Source: an uncultured Solibacteraceae bacterium
Lineage (GTDB): Bacteria; Acidobacteriota; Terriglobia; Bryobacterales; Bryobacteraceae
DNA: 49,714 nt
Assembly: GCA_964390225.1 (NCBI GenBank)
Contig: CAYMHP010000001.1
Span: 13,609 to 63,322 of the forward strand
Reading direction: 5' to 3'
Part shown: positions 19,483 to 32,180 of the stretch, one piece after another
Position numbering within the stretch: position 1 is the stretch's first letter
Layout of the letters: the number at the start of each line of letters is the position of its first letter
The notes under the pieces: generated by a model
The model's input: only the letters and a program-made list of their open reading frames with translations
Told to the model about the DNA's origin: nothing
The model's database searches: none
Program-made: the position numbers and the translations under genes

Positions 19483-20349
19483 ATGCGCGCGAGAGCCCGA
19501 GCGGTGCTAGTGCTGGGTACCGCCCTCTTGCTGTGCTTTGCGTTCCTGTTGGCGGCCCAAGACACGGTGTACGTCTGCCCGATGGATCCGGACGTGCGCT
19601 CCCACGCGCCGGGGACCTGCTCCCGTTGCGGAATGAAACTCGTGGCGAACCTGCCCGATCCGGTCGAGTATTTGATGGATCTGATGGTGACGCCGCATCC
19701 CCTCAAACCGGGGCAGCCCGCCACGATCCAGATGAGCATCAAAGATCCGTGGAAGAACCGCCCCGTCACGCATTTCCAGATCGTTCACGAGAAGCTCTTT
19801 CACATGTTTGTGGTGAGCCAGGATCTCGAATTTTTCGTGCACGACCACCCGACGTTCAATCCGCAGACCGGCGAATTCGACTACGCCATCGCCTTTCCCA
19901 AACCGGGAATGTACCGCGTTCTTGGTGACTTTTACCCTGACGGCGCCACCCCGCAATTGATCGCAAAAACCGTGATTATCCCCGGAAAGGCGCCCGCGCC
20001 CGTGGTGTTGACCCAGGACTATTCGACGAAGAAGACCGCCAATCTACAGGTGGAACTAAAGACCGACCCGCCAGAACCGATCGTCGGCCAAAAGGTGCAG
20101 ATGTATTTTCGAGTGGCCCCGGTCGACGGCCTCGAAAAATACCTGGGCGCATGGGCGCACATGCTGGCGGCCAGCGACGACCTGATCGACCTGATCCACT
20201 CGCATCCGATCCTTGCCGACGGCGGTCCACAGATTCAGTTCAGCCTCGTATTTCCCCGCGCCCGGACGTTTCGCATCTGGGTGCAATTCCAGCGGAGCGG
20301 CGTCGTGAACACCGCGCGTTTCGACGTCCCGGTTAAAGAGCTGAAGTAA
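19483..20349 (+). CDS. secreted heavy-metal-binding-domain protein with two tandem His/Met-motif beta-sandwich repeats
   Basis: ATG at 19483 (M32 of the track ORF). Signal peptide, then YVCPMDPDV..CSRCGMKL (the YxCPMHPE-type metal-binding domain seen at the N-termini of copper/silver efflux proteins). Two internal repeats follow, each with H-M-x3-S-x-D-L-x4-H-x-H-P (FHMFVVSQDLEFFVHDHP and AHMLAASDDLIDLIHSHP). Confidence 0.7.
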   Translation: MRARARAVLVLGTALLLCFAFLLAAQDTVYVCPMDPDVRSHAPGTCSRCGMKLVANLPDPVEYLMDLMVTPHPLKPGQPATIQMSIKDPWKNRPVTHFQIVHEKLFHMFVVSQDLEFFVHDHPTFNPQTGEFDYAIAFPKPGMYRVLGDFYPDGATPQLIAKTVIIPGKAPAPVVLTQDYSTKKTANLQVELKTDPPEPIVGQKVQMYFRVAPVDGLEKYLGAWAHMLAASDDLIDLIHSHPILADGGPQIQFSLVFPRARTFRIWVQFQRSGVVNTARFDVPVKELK

Positions 20350-20525
20350 CCTTCCTCACCGTGTGGCGCATGCCCAACCAAAGGAACTAAAAGTCCCATT
20401 ACTGGGGAGTACGGGTGGCCCTGTCGGCGCGGCCGTGTTTCGAGGCATGATTGCAGTTGCGGTCCCGTAACGCAGTTGGACCTGTCGCTCGGTTGTGTAA
20501 TTGGAAACGGGAGCTGCCTTCGGCC

Positions 20526-20792
20526 ATGTACATACGGATCCCTTTCGCCTGTGAATGCGGTAAGTCGCCCAGCCGGCTGCGCGAAGTTGGTTTGACCTCC
20601 GATCACCAGTTGGTGGTCTACTGGCGGTGCTCACAGTGCCGAAAGCACGTCTACATCGTGAAGCCGTTGGCGGATTACTGGCGCGAGTGCCCGGAGCATC
20701 AATCCTCGTCGCCGCAGGATGCGGAGTTGAAACCGGAAGACACCCGGTTTTTGCGCAGCGTGGGAATTCGCATGCCCGATGAACAGGCCTGA
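20526..20792 (+). CDS. small Cys4 zinc-ribbon-like hypothetical protein
   Basis: 88 aa counted from the ATG at 20526 (MYIRIPFACECGK...RCSQCRKH). CxC...CxxC spacing. No recognisable family. The coding call rests on ORF length and position only. Confidence 0.35.
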   Translation: MYIRIPFACECGKSPSRLREVGLTSDHQLVVYWRCSQCRKHVYIVKPLADYWRECPEHQSSSPQDAELKPEDTRFLRSVGIRMPDEQA

Positions 20793-20973
20793 GGCATTTT
20801 CCATTTCGGCATAAATCAGGTAGGCCGGAATTTCCTTGCTAACCTTCGTAAGTATTTGCATTAATTCGAGTTCATAGTACCAGCCAAAGCAAAAATTCGG
20901 CCCAAAGACTGCCAATTCGCAGTAAACTCAAAACCGGCCGGCCTGATCGCCAACGTTCTTCGTCAAAAAAAGA

Positions 20974-21672
20974 GTGACTGAGGCTTCGCAACCGACAATC
21001 CTGATCGTCGAGCCCCAGACCGCATTGCGCCGGCTCATGCAGCGGATGCTGGCTGGGCATGGGCTTCGTGTGCTCCAGGCGTCCACGGCTGTCGAAGGGC
21101 TGGCGATCTTTCGGGCACACCGGGCCAGTATTTCTCTCGCCATTATCGATATGATCTTGCCCGGCATGAGCGGCCTGGATCTGGCCGCGGAACTGGAGCG
21201 CCTGCGCCCGGGAATGAAGATTCTGTACACGTCGGGATACGGCTCCAGTGTGGCTATGGAAAGCATCGGCCGGCGCTCGCCCGATCACGTGCTGCTCAAG
21301 CCGTTTACCGGCAGGCTGTTGATCGACCGAATCGCTCACCTGCTCCATGCCGAACGGCCCCGGCACGCTCCCACCGACCCGATCGCCAGGCTCACCGAAT
21401 CGGGGTTTGCCTGGGACCGGCTGATGGAGGCATCCGAGGAACTGGAAGGCGCCGCTACCGAGTTGGTGAGCTATCGGGACACGGTGGCCGGTTTCGCGGT
21501 CGCGGCGGCCCACGGCGCGGCTTTGCGCGCCGCCGATGTGCCTTATGAGTTCCGGGCGGCCGGCGACGAACAGTATCCGTTCAGCCTTCTTGTCTTGGCA
21601 GAAAACGTAGCGGCCGCGCAGCGTCTCATTGGCTACGTCGGGTTAGGTGTCGATATTGCGGTAGCCGCCTAG
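20974..21672 (+). CDS. orphan response regulator: receiver domain plus about 100-aa C-terminal domain of unknown function
   Basis: REC motifs ILIVEPQ, IIDMILPGMSG, ILYTSGYG and LLKPF. The acidic pair is reduced to a single E. No DNA-binding or enzymatic output domain recognised. Confidence 0.7.
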   Translation: MTEASQPTILIVEPQTALRRLMQRMLAGHGLRVLQASTAVEGLAIFRAHRASISLAIIDMILPGMSGLDLAAELERLRPGMKILYTSGYGSSVAMESIGRRSPDHVLLKPFTGRLLIDRIAHLLHAERPRHAPTDPIARLTESGFAWDRLMEASEELEGAATELVSYRDTVAGFAVAAAHGAALRAADVPYEFRAAGDEQYPFSLLVLAENVAAAQRLIGYVGLGVDIAVAA

Positions 21673-21752
21673 GCATCGACAGACTCCCGCCTGGTACCCT
21701 TTCGCTAGTTAATTCCGATAAACAGCCCGGCAGACATGCTACACTCACCCAA

Positions 21753-22703
21753 TTGTCACTTCAACAGAGGCGGTTTCGGAGGAAAACCTTGAATCACTAT
21801 TGTGCGTTAGGGTTGACGTTTGTTGCACTGGCTTTGAGTTCAAACCCCGCTTATGCCGCATCCGACAGGTCGGAAGAGGGTAACGACCTTGCGCCCAACG
21901 GAAAGTCCATTGGAACCGAGCAGCACCCCGGCAATGCTGGAGACCATGCAGGTGCCGCCCGGCAGGCCGCTCCCGGCAGCAACGGAATCTACTACCACGG
22001 TGGGCCGGTGATGACTGGCGTCAAAAATGTTTATCTGATCTGGTACGGGAATTGGGCGAACAATACGGCTGTCTCAATTCTGCCCGATTTCCTTTCGAAC
22101 CTGGGCGGCTCGCCGTATTTCAACATCAATACGACGTACACGAACGGCAGCGGCGCGAACGTTGCCAACAGCGTGGCTCTCGGCTCAACTGCCAGCGACA
22201 ATTATTCCCAAGGGACGGCTCTCAGCGACTCGGCTGTTCAGGCAATTGTGGCAGCCCAACATCCGACGGATCCAAACGGAGTTTATTTCGTTCTGACGTC
22301 GGCCGATGTCAACGAGACCAGCGGGTTCTGCACGCAGTACTGTGGTTGGCATACCCACGCAACCATCAACGGAACGGATATCAAGTACGCGTTTGTGGGA
22401 AATCCGGACCGCTGCCCCTCGGCTTGCGAAGACCAGACGACTTCGCCGAACGGCAACGCCGGCGCCGACGGGATGGCTTCGATTATTGCCCACGAGTTAG
22501 AGGAAGCGGCGACCGATCCGGACCTAAACGCCTGGTACGACCGCCGCGGCTACGAGAACGCCGACAAATGCGCGTGGAACTTCGGGCAGACCTTTACCGC
22601 TGCGAACGGCTCCAAAGCCAACGTGCAACTCGGAAGCCGGCAGTATTTAATCCAGCAGAACTGGGTCAATGCGTCCGGCGGGTATTGCGCGCTCAAGTAC
22701 TGA
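21753..22703 (+). CDS. secreted EXORDIUM / phosphate-induced protein 1 (PHI-1) family protein
   Basis: Blocks shared with plant EXO proteins as I remember them: YHGGPVMTG..VYLIWYG, VLTSADV...GFC...CGWH, YAFVGN...CP..C, PNGN.G.DGM and RQYLIQ.NW. N-terminal signal QQRRFRRKT plus a hydrophobic core ending AYA. Alternative TTG start at 21789 with GGAGGA 5 nt upstream. Confidence 0.75.
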   Translation: MSLQQRRFRRKTLNHYCALGLTFVALALSSNPAYAASDRSEEGNDLAPNGKSIGTEQHPGNAGDHAGAARQAAPGSNGIYYHGGPVMTGVKNVYLIWYGNWANNTAVSILPDFLSNLGGSPYFNINTTYTNGSGANVANSVALGSTASDNYSQGTALSDSAVQAIVAAQHPTDPNGVYFVLTSADVNETSGFCTQYCGWHTHATINGTDIKYAFVGNPDRCPSACEDQTTSPNGNAGADGMASIIAHELEEAATDPDLNAWYDRRGYENADKCAWNFGQTFTAANGSKANVQLGSRQYLIQQNWVNASGGYCALKY

Positions 22704-22779
22704 GCACTCGCGGCGGCCATAGTCGCCCTCGTGGTTTCATGACTGTAATCCTGTCGCGGAATTCCACCGATACAGGGAT

Positions 22780-23193
22780 GTGAGCCCGTTTCTGACAGAG
22801 CTGGTGTCCTGGCTTGTCCTTCCGGTGCTGGTCGCGGTGGGGGCGGCATCCCTGGTCTGGGTGCTCATGCAAGCGCGCATCCGGGTGCTGACTGCGCATT
22901 ACCAAGCGGCCATTGCCAAGGTGGAATGTGAGTGCGGAGCGCGGCGGCCCGCTCTGGAAGAGCTTCTCTCGGAACTGCGAATGGAGAGGCGCCGGTTCGT
23001 GCGGCGCTTACCCGGAGCGAAGGGCTCGGAGATCACCCTGATCACCCAGGAGCGAATGTATCTTCGGAACGTTCCGCTGACAGGGTGGATGCAGGATGAA
23101 TTGCCTCTCGGGAACGGCGAGGAACTCGCCACCACCGAGGCGTGCCCGGTCCCGCTCATCACCCCTGCGCCCGTCCCTGGCCTCGGGGGCTAA
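22780..23193 (+). CDS. membrane-anchored hypothetical protein
   Basis: 137 aa. GTG start. One N-terminal TM helix (LVSWLVLPVLVAVGAASLVWVL), then a charged helical region. No family recognised. Confidence 0.4.
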   Translation: MSPFLTELVSWLVLPVLVAVGAASLVWVLMQARIRVLTAHYQAAIAKVECECGARRPALEELLSELRMERRRFVRRLPGAKGSEITLITQERMYLRNVPLTGWMQDELPLGNGEELATTEACPVPLITPAPVPGLGG

Positions 23194-23456
23194 CGCGTTC
23201 GGGAGGAGCGCCGACGGTGTGTTTCGCCGCTGGTTCTGAAAGACGACGCTCTCGCCAAACCGAACCGTGCCATCACTCGCCGTGGCCGAAGTTCAGGCGA
23301 TTTCAGCCGCGGCAGTCCTGCGGCGCTTCGCGTTCCCCAAAGGCTCGCCCAACCAGACCCCCGCCCTAACGGGCAGGGCTGCAGAGAGCGGCGGTCATTT
23401 CCTTCACCTTAAGCCGGTCCTTCCGTTCGCGTTATCATCCGGTGGGCGCCGGTCGT

Positions 23457-23485
23457 TTGCCCGGCCTCTCCCGCTGCTTTATACT
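23457..23485 (+). promoter_or_regulatory. sigma70-like promoter of the rpmH operon
   Basis: TTGCCC (23457-23462), 17 nt, TATACT (23480-23485). It lies 17 nt upstream of the rpmH ATG. Confidence 0.45.
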
Positions 23486-23501
23486 AGGTAATTGAACTAA
23501 A

Positions 23502-23651
23502 ATGCCGAAACGTACGTATCAACCGAACAACCGCCGGCGCGCCAAGACGCACGGTTTCCGCACGCGCATGAAAACCCAGGACGGACGCGCGGTGCTGTCG
23601 CGGCGGCGTGCTCGCGGCCGCAAGAAGCTCACGGTGAGTTCCGAAAGGTAG
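23502..23651 (+). CDS. rpmH: 50S ribosomal protein L34
   Basis: Absent from the ORF track because it is under 60 aa. ATG at 23502 translates to [49 protein letters not shown], a textbook L34. TAG at 23649-23651. Confidence 0.95.
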   Translation: MPKRTYQPNNRRRAKTHGFRTRMKTQDGRAVLSRRRARGRKKLTVSSER

Positions 23652-23656
23652 TATCC

Positions 23657-24001
23657 ATCGCTGGTTTTCCGAAACGTGTTCGTCTGCTGCGATCTCGAGA
23701 TTTCCGAAGGATCTACGATGAGGGGAAGCGAGTTTCGAATCCTCTCTTCACGGCATTTTATGTGCGGGAAACGCAGCCCGATGGTCCTCGCATCGGCTTT
23801 ACGGTTCCTCGCGCGCTCGGCAAAGCCGTTTCGCGCAATCGAATCAAGCGCCGCTTGCGGGAGGCCGTCCGCGGCTGCCTGGATCGGCTAAACCCACAGT
23901 GGTCCATCGTCATCAATCCGCGGTCCAAAGCCCTGAGTGCTCCCATGCCCGAGCTGAGGCAGCAGGTAGAACGCCTTTTTCTCCGCTGCAATGGCTCTTA
24001 G
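23657..24001 (+). CDS. rnpA: ribonuclease P protein component (start codon non-canonical / unresolved)
   Basis: The track ORF starts at GTG 23762 (79 aa). The same frame upstream encodes the conserved RnpA N-terminus [32 protein letters not shown]. The RNR motif [14 protein letters not shown] lies downstream. The frame contains no ATG, GTG or TTG between the TAA at 23498 and position 23762. ATC at 23657 has GAAAGG 8 nt upstream, so I place the 5' end there provisionally. Confidence 0.7.
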   Translation: MAGFPKRVRLLRSRDFRRIYDEGKRVSNPLFTAFYVRETQPDGPRIGFTVPRALGKAVSRNRIKRRLREAVRGCLDRLNPQWSIVINPRSKALSAPMPELRQQVERLFLRCNGS

Positions 24002-24195
24002 TCTGGCTGCTTCGGGGATACAAATGGATGCTTTCGCCGCTACTGCCGTCGGCGTGCCGGTTTTATCCGACCTGCTCGGACTACATGCGCGAGGCAGTCG
24101 AGCGCTATGGCGCGGCCAAGGGGATATGGAAAGGTATCCTCCGGTTGGCGCGTTGTCACCCTTTTCACGCCGGCGGTTTCGATCCCGTGCGGTAG
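23899..24195 (+). CDS. yidD: membrane protein insertion efficiency factor YidD
   Basis: Core motif [35 protein letters not shown]...[12 protein letters not shown]. The only canonical start upstream of the core is GTG 23899, which overlaps rnpA by 103 nt. A later near-cognate start cannot be excluded. Confidence 0.8.
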   Translation: MVHRHQSAVQSPECSHARAEAAGRTPFSPLQWLLVWLLRGYKWMLSPLLPSACRFYPTCSDYMREAVERYGAAKGIWKGILRLARCHPFHAGGFDPVR

Positions 24196-24222
24196 TGCGC
24201 GATCTTCAAAACGGAATTCAGA

Positions 24223-25950
24223 ATGGCCGAAACGGTGAACGGCGGTAATCAGAGCCCGGCGCAACCGCCAAAAGAAATGTCGATGGAAATCCGGCTGCTG
24301 CTGGCCTTCCTGCTCATGGGCGCGGTAATGTTCGTCACGCCCTATATCTTCAAGACGCCTCCTCCCGCGCCCGCAAAGAAAACGGCTGCGCAGACGGCGC
24401 AGACCCCTAACCAGAAGGCCCCCGTGGAGCAGGCTTCCGCCGTCGCGCCCGCCCAGGCGTCACCAGCCGCCCCATCCGGCCCCGTGACTCCCCAGCAGCC
24501 GCAGCCGCCGGTGATCATCGACACGGACGTGTTTCGCGTGGCCTTCAGCAACCAGGGCGCAACAGTGCGTAGCTGGCTGCTCAAGAAACACAAAGGAAAT
24601 GATAATAAGCCGCTGGAGTTGATCAACACGGCGGCGAATCTCGATTATCCTTTCGCGCTCTACTTCCCGGGCGAGAAACCCACCGCGAACGTGAACACCA
24701 GCTATTACACCGTGCACGGCGACCCGGATGGACTGGGCGCCACGTTCGAGTTTTCCGATGGGCGGACATCCGTGCGCAAGGTCTTTCGGTTCCAGAAGAA
24801 CAGCTATCAGTCGCACGTCACGACCGAGGTGAGCGTTAACGGCAAGCCGATTCCGAATGCAATCGAGTGGCGCGGCGGATTCGGCGATCTGACCATGGCC
24901 AACCCGGCCAACGCCGAGCGTGCTCTTTACTTCGATGCCGCGAACAATAAGCTGGAGGAGCAAACCGCGAAGGCCGCCAAGAACGGGCCGGTTTCCGCGA
25001 GCGGCAATTATTCGTTTGCCGGCATGGCCGACCAGTACTTTGCGGCAGTCTTCCTGCCGGAAGGGACCACCACAATGCAAGTGGTTACTTTCGGCGACAC
25101 CGTTCGTACCCCTCTCGAAGAGAAGCCCGCCGACTTTGCCGGCGTCGCTGTCTCGGACGGAGATCGGAACCGCTTCTCCTTGTTTATCGGCCCGAAAGAC
25201 CTGGACCTGCTGCGGCGCGTGAACCCGAAGGCGGTCGAGGTGGTGAATTTCGGATTCTGGGGCTTCCTCGCCAAGCCGCTGTTCCTGATGGTGAACTGGT
25301 TCAACGACGCGTTTGTACACAGCTTCGGCTGGTCCATCATCCTGGTCACCATCATCATCAACTTCATCCTGTTCCCGCTGAAGCTGTCGAACATGAAGTC
25401 GATGCGCAAAATGCAGGCGCTGCAGCCGCAGATCGCCGCCATCAACGAGAGATACAAGAACGTCGGCCTGCGCGATCCCAAGAAAGCGGAGCAGAACCAG
25501 GAGGTCATGGACCTCTACAAGAAGCATGGCGTCAACCCAATGGGTGGTTGCATGCCGATGGCGTTGCAAATTCCGATCCTGTTCGCTTTTTACCGGGTGT
25601 TCACCGTGTCGGTGGAGATGCGTGGCGCCAACTGGCTGTGGGTTACGGATCTCTCGCAACCGGAACACCTGCCCATCAAGCTTCTGCCGATCGCGATGAT
25701 TATCAGCCAGTTCGTGATGCAGAAGATGACGCCCACGGGGAATGTCGATCCCAGCCAGCAGCGCATGATGATGTTCATGCCGCTGGTTTTCGGCTTCATG
25801 TTCTACAATTTGCCCAGCGGCCTGGTGCTATACTACTTGACCAGCAATCTTGTTGCGATGGGGCAGCAGTGGTTCTTCAACCACACCGAGACGGCGCAGG
25901 AGGCGGTTCGCTCGGTGCAGCCCCCCAAAAAAAAGAACGGCAGGAAATAG
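24223..25950 (+). CDS. yidC: membrane protein insertase YidC
   Basis: 575 aa. N-terminal TM helix, a large periplasmic domain, and a C-terminal 60-kDa_IMP core (MRKMQALQPQIAAINERYK, GCMPMALQIPILFAFY, LPSGLVLYYLTSN). Canonical position after rnpA-yidD. Confidence 0.95.
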   Translation: MAETVNGGNQSPAQPPKEMSMEIRLLLAFLLMGAVMFVTPYIFKTPPPAPAKKTAAQTAQTPNQKAPVEQASAVAPAQASPAAPSGPVTPQQPQPPVIIDTDVFRVAFSNQGATVRSWLLKKHKGNDNKPLELINTAANLDYPFALYFPGEKPTANVNTSYYTVHGDPDGLGATFEFSDGRTSVRKVFRFQKNSYQSHVTTEVSVNGKPIPNAIEWRGGFGDLTMANPANAERALYFDAANNKLEEQTAKAAKNGPVSASGNYSFAGMADQYFAAVFLPEGTTTMQVVTFGDTVRTPLEEKPADFAGVAVSDGDRNRFSLFIGPKDLDLLRRVNPKAVEVVNFGFWGFLAKPLFLMVNWFNDAFVHSFGWSIILVTIIINFILFPLKLSNMKSMRKMQALQPQIAAINERYKNVGLRDPKKAEQNQEVMDLYKKHGVNPMGGCMPMALQIPILFAFYRVFTVSVEMRGANWLWVTDLSQPEHLPIKLLPIAMIISQFVMQKMTPTGNVDPSQQRMMMFMPLVFGFMFYNLPSGLVLYYLTSNLVAMGQQWFFNHTETAQEAVRSVQPPKKKNGRK

Positions 25951-25953
25951 CCT

Positions 25954-26526
25954 GTGAGTGAACGAAAGTACTCCGCGGCCTCGATCGGTTCCCGGGTAGA
26001 CGGTTTTCTCAATACGATTCTGCGGAGTGGTGGATTTCACGTGAATTACGAGATCCAGGATGCCGAGCCGGCCGCCGACGATTTCGAGACTCCGGATGTC
26101 GTAATCAAGTTCACCGGCGCCGACGTCGACCTGCTGCTGTCCAATAAGGCGGAACTGCTTCTGGCGCTCGAGCAAGTCACCATGGAAATGCTGCGCGTCC
26201 CCTCCGAGGATCACTCGCGCATTTCCTTTGATGCGAACGATTACCGCCTGCTGCGGATCGAGGAGTTGCGCCTCAGCGCCACCACGGCAGCGGAAAAAGT
26301 GAAGCGCACCGGAGTTCCCTTCCGCTTCAACCCCATGAACAGCCGCGAGCGCCGCGTGATTCACCTCGCTTTGCGGAATGAGTCCGCGGTGCGCAGCGAA
26401 AGCATTGGAACCGGTCCGACGCGCCAGGTGGTGGTCTACCCCGCCGGCATGGCCAGCCTGCCGGAACCTCCCCGGGCTCCCGAGCCGCGGCGCGGTGGTC
26501 CGCGCTCCCGTAGCGCCCGGCGCTAG
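25954..26526 (+). CDS. jag: Jag/KhpB-like RNA-binding protein (KH + R3H domains)
   Basis: 190 aa. GTG start 3 nt after the yidC stop. R3H motif region NSRERRVIHLAL. Conserved position between yidC and mnmE. Confidence 0.8.
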   Translation: MSERKYSAASIGSRVDGFLNTILRSGGFHVNYEIQDAEPAADDFETPDVVIKFTGADVDLLLSNKAELLLALEQVTMEMLRVPSEDHSRISFDANDYRLLRIEELRLSATTAAEKVKRTGVPFRFNPMNSRERRVIHLALRNESAVRSESIGTGPTRQVVVYPAGMASLPEPPRAPEPRRGGPRSRSARR

Positions 26527-26529
26527 GCG

Positions 26530-27882
26530 TTGTCCGTTTCCGATACGATTGTCGCCATTTCCACGCCGCCCGGCCGCGGCGGCCTCGGGGTGATCCGCAT
26601 CTCCGGCGATAGGGCCAGAGCGATCGCCGTTTCGATGCTCCACGTCGCGGGCTGCGGTGATTGGGAACCGCGGCGGGCGCGCCTGGCGGAAATGGTGGAC
26701 CGCGACGGCCACGCGGTCGATCAAGTAGTTGCCACATGGTTCGCCGCGCCGCATTCGTACACCGGTGAGGATGTGGTGGAGTTATCGTGCCACGGTTCTC
26801 CTGTCGTGCTTCGGTTCGCTATCGAGCGGGCGCTCGAGGCCGGAGCCCGGTTGGCCGAGCCCGGGGAATTCACGTTGCGCGCTTTTCTCAACGGGCGCAT
26901 CGATCTGCCGCAGGCCGAGGCCGTCCGAGACCTGATCGAAGCCACCACGTTATACCAGGCGCGCGTCGCGGCCCAGCAGGTCTCCGGATCGGTCTCGCGG
27001 CGGCTTGCGCCATTAAAGGAACAGTTGCTGGAGCTGATCGCGCTGATCGAAGCGGGCATCGATTTCGCCGAAGATGATGTGAGCGTGGCGCCGCCGGCCG
27101 AGATTCTCCGCCGGCTCACACCCCTGATCGATTCTGTCCGCCAATTTGCCGCCAGCTTTCAATATGGCGGCCTCGTCCGTACGGGCCTCACGCTGGCGAT
27201 TGTGGGCCGCCCCAACGTAGGCAAGAGCAGCCTCTTCAATGCGCTTCTCGAGCAGGATCGCGCCATTGTCACCGAGATCCCGGGCACGACGCGCGACCTG
27301 GTCTCCGAAACGGCAGCGATCGGCGGGATCCCCGTGAAACTGTTCGACACGGCGGGAATCCGCGAATCGGCCGAGCTTGTAGAAACGTTGGGCATCGAGC
27401 GCAGCTACCAGGCAATGGCCGACGCCGACTTGACCCTGGTGGTCCTGGACCTGTCACAGCCCACGGCTGCGAACGATCGCGAACTGATCGAGCGCGCCGC
27501 GCGACAGGGCCGCTGGCTGCTGGTGGGGAACAAATCGGATTTGCCGCGCGCTGCGAAGCTGTCGGCCGAGCCGCTCGCCGTTTCCGCGAAAACAGGGGAC
27601 GGCATCGCGCAATTGCGAGAGGCCATTCTCGAGGCTGTAGCTCCCAAAGGCGCGTGGGAGGAGGAATCGGGGTTTCTCACCAGCCTGCGCCACGAGCAAT
27701 TGCTTCGGGAATCGCTCGCGTACCTGGAGAAGGCCCGAACCGCCGTAGAATCGAACATTCCCCACGAAATGATGCTGCTCGACTTATACTCCGCGTTGCG
27801 TCCAATCGACGCGATCACAGGAGCCACGACGGCGGACGACATTTTGAACCGTATCTTCTCCACGTTCTGCATAGGGAAGTAA
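26530..27882 (+). CDS. mnmE: tRNA uridine-5-carboxymethylaminomethyl modification GTPase MnmE
   Basis: TTG start. [23 protein letters not shown]-terminus. G-domain [20 protein letters not shown] and NKSDL. C-terminal FCIGK. Confidence 0.95.
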   Translation: MSVSDTIVAISTPPGRGGLGVIRISGDRARAIAVSMLHVAGCGDWEPRRARLAEMVDRDGHAVDQVVATWFAAPHSYTGEDVVELSCHGSPVVLRFAIERALEAGARLAEPGEFTLRAFLNGRIDLPQAEAVRDLIEATTLYQARVAAQQVSGSVSRRLAPLKEQLLELIALIEAGIDFAEDDVSVAPPAEILRRLTPLIDSVRQFAASFQYGGLVRTGLTLAIVGRPNVGKSSLFNALLEQDRAIVTEIPGTTRDLVSETAAIGGIPVKLFDTAGIRESAELVETLGIERSYQAMADADLTLVVLDLSQPTAANDRELIERAARQGRWLLVGNKSDLPRAAKLSAEPLAVSAKTGDGIAQLREAILEAVAPKGAWEEESGFLTSLRHEQLLRESLAYLEKARTAVESNIPHEMMLLDLYSALRPIDAITGATTADDILNRIFSTFCIGK

Positions 27883-27900
27883 GGCCCCGCGTAACCCTCC

Positions 27901-27909
27901 TGGTATAAT
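27901..27909 (+). promoter_or_regulatory. extended -10 promoter element
   Basis: TGGTATAAT (TGn + TATAAT) 75 nt upstream of the M16 peptidase ATG. No good -35 element, which is consistent with an extended -10 promoter. Confidence 0.4.
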
Positions 27910-27983
27910 TCCGTCAAAGTTATTTAGGCTTCTCGCGGTATGGAAATCCATCCGCGCCGGCCAGTTTGATCGAAAGAGGTTCT

Positions 27984-32029
<4,046 letters not shown>

Positions 32030-32180
32030 GCAGTAGGGCCGGCGGTCTTGCGCCGGGCCGCTCGCGTGAGGGTGCCGCGCAGCTAGAACCGCGCCATGAC
32101 CGGCGCGGCTGAAGCGTCGGCCGCGCCCTTCAGCCCCGGCAGTCCTGCCGCGGTTCCGCATACCGCGACGTTCTCCGCGC

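Noticed and set aside
23194-23501. Possible chromosomal origin (oriC) next to the rpmH-rnpA-yidC-mnmE cluster
   Set aside because: No dnaA or dnaN gene is in the window. I see no cluster of TTATCCACA-like DnaA boxes (only a weak TTATCATCC) and no AT-rich unwinding element. The region is GC-rich.
23502-24001. Programmed -1 frameshift producing an L34-RnpA fusion, because the rnpA frame is open across rpmH
   Set aside because: There is no slippery heptamer near the rpmH stop. A fusion of two proteins with separate essential roles is implausible. Near-cognate initiation or reinitiation is the simpler explanation.
24460-25668. 402-aa minus-strand ORF
   Set aside because: It is antisense to yidC, an essential gene in a fully conserved operon context.
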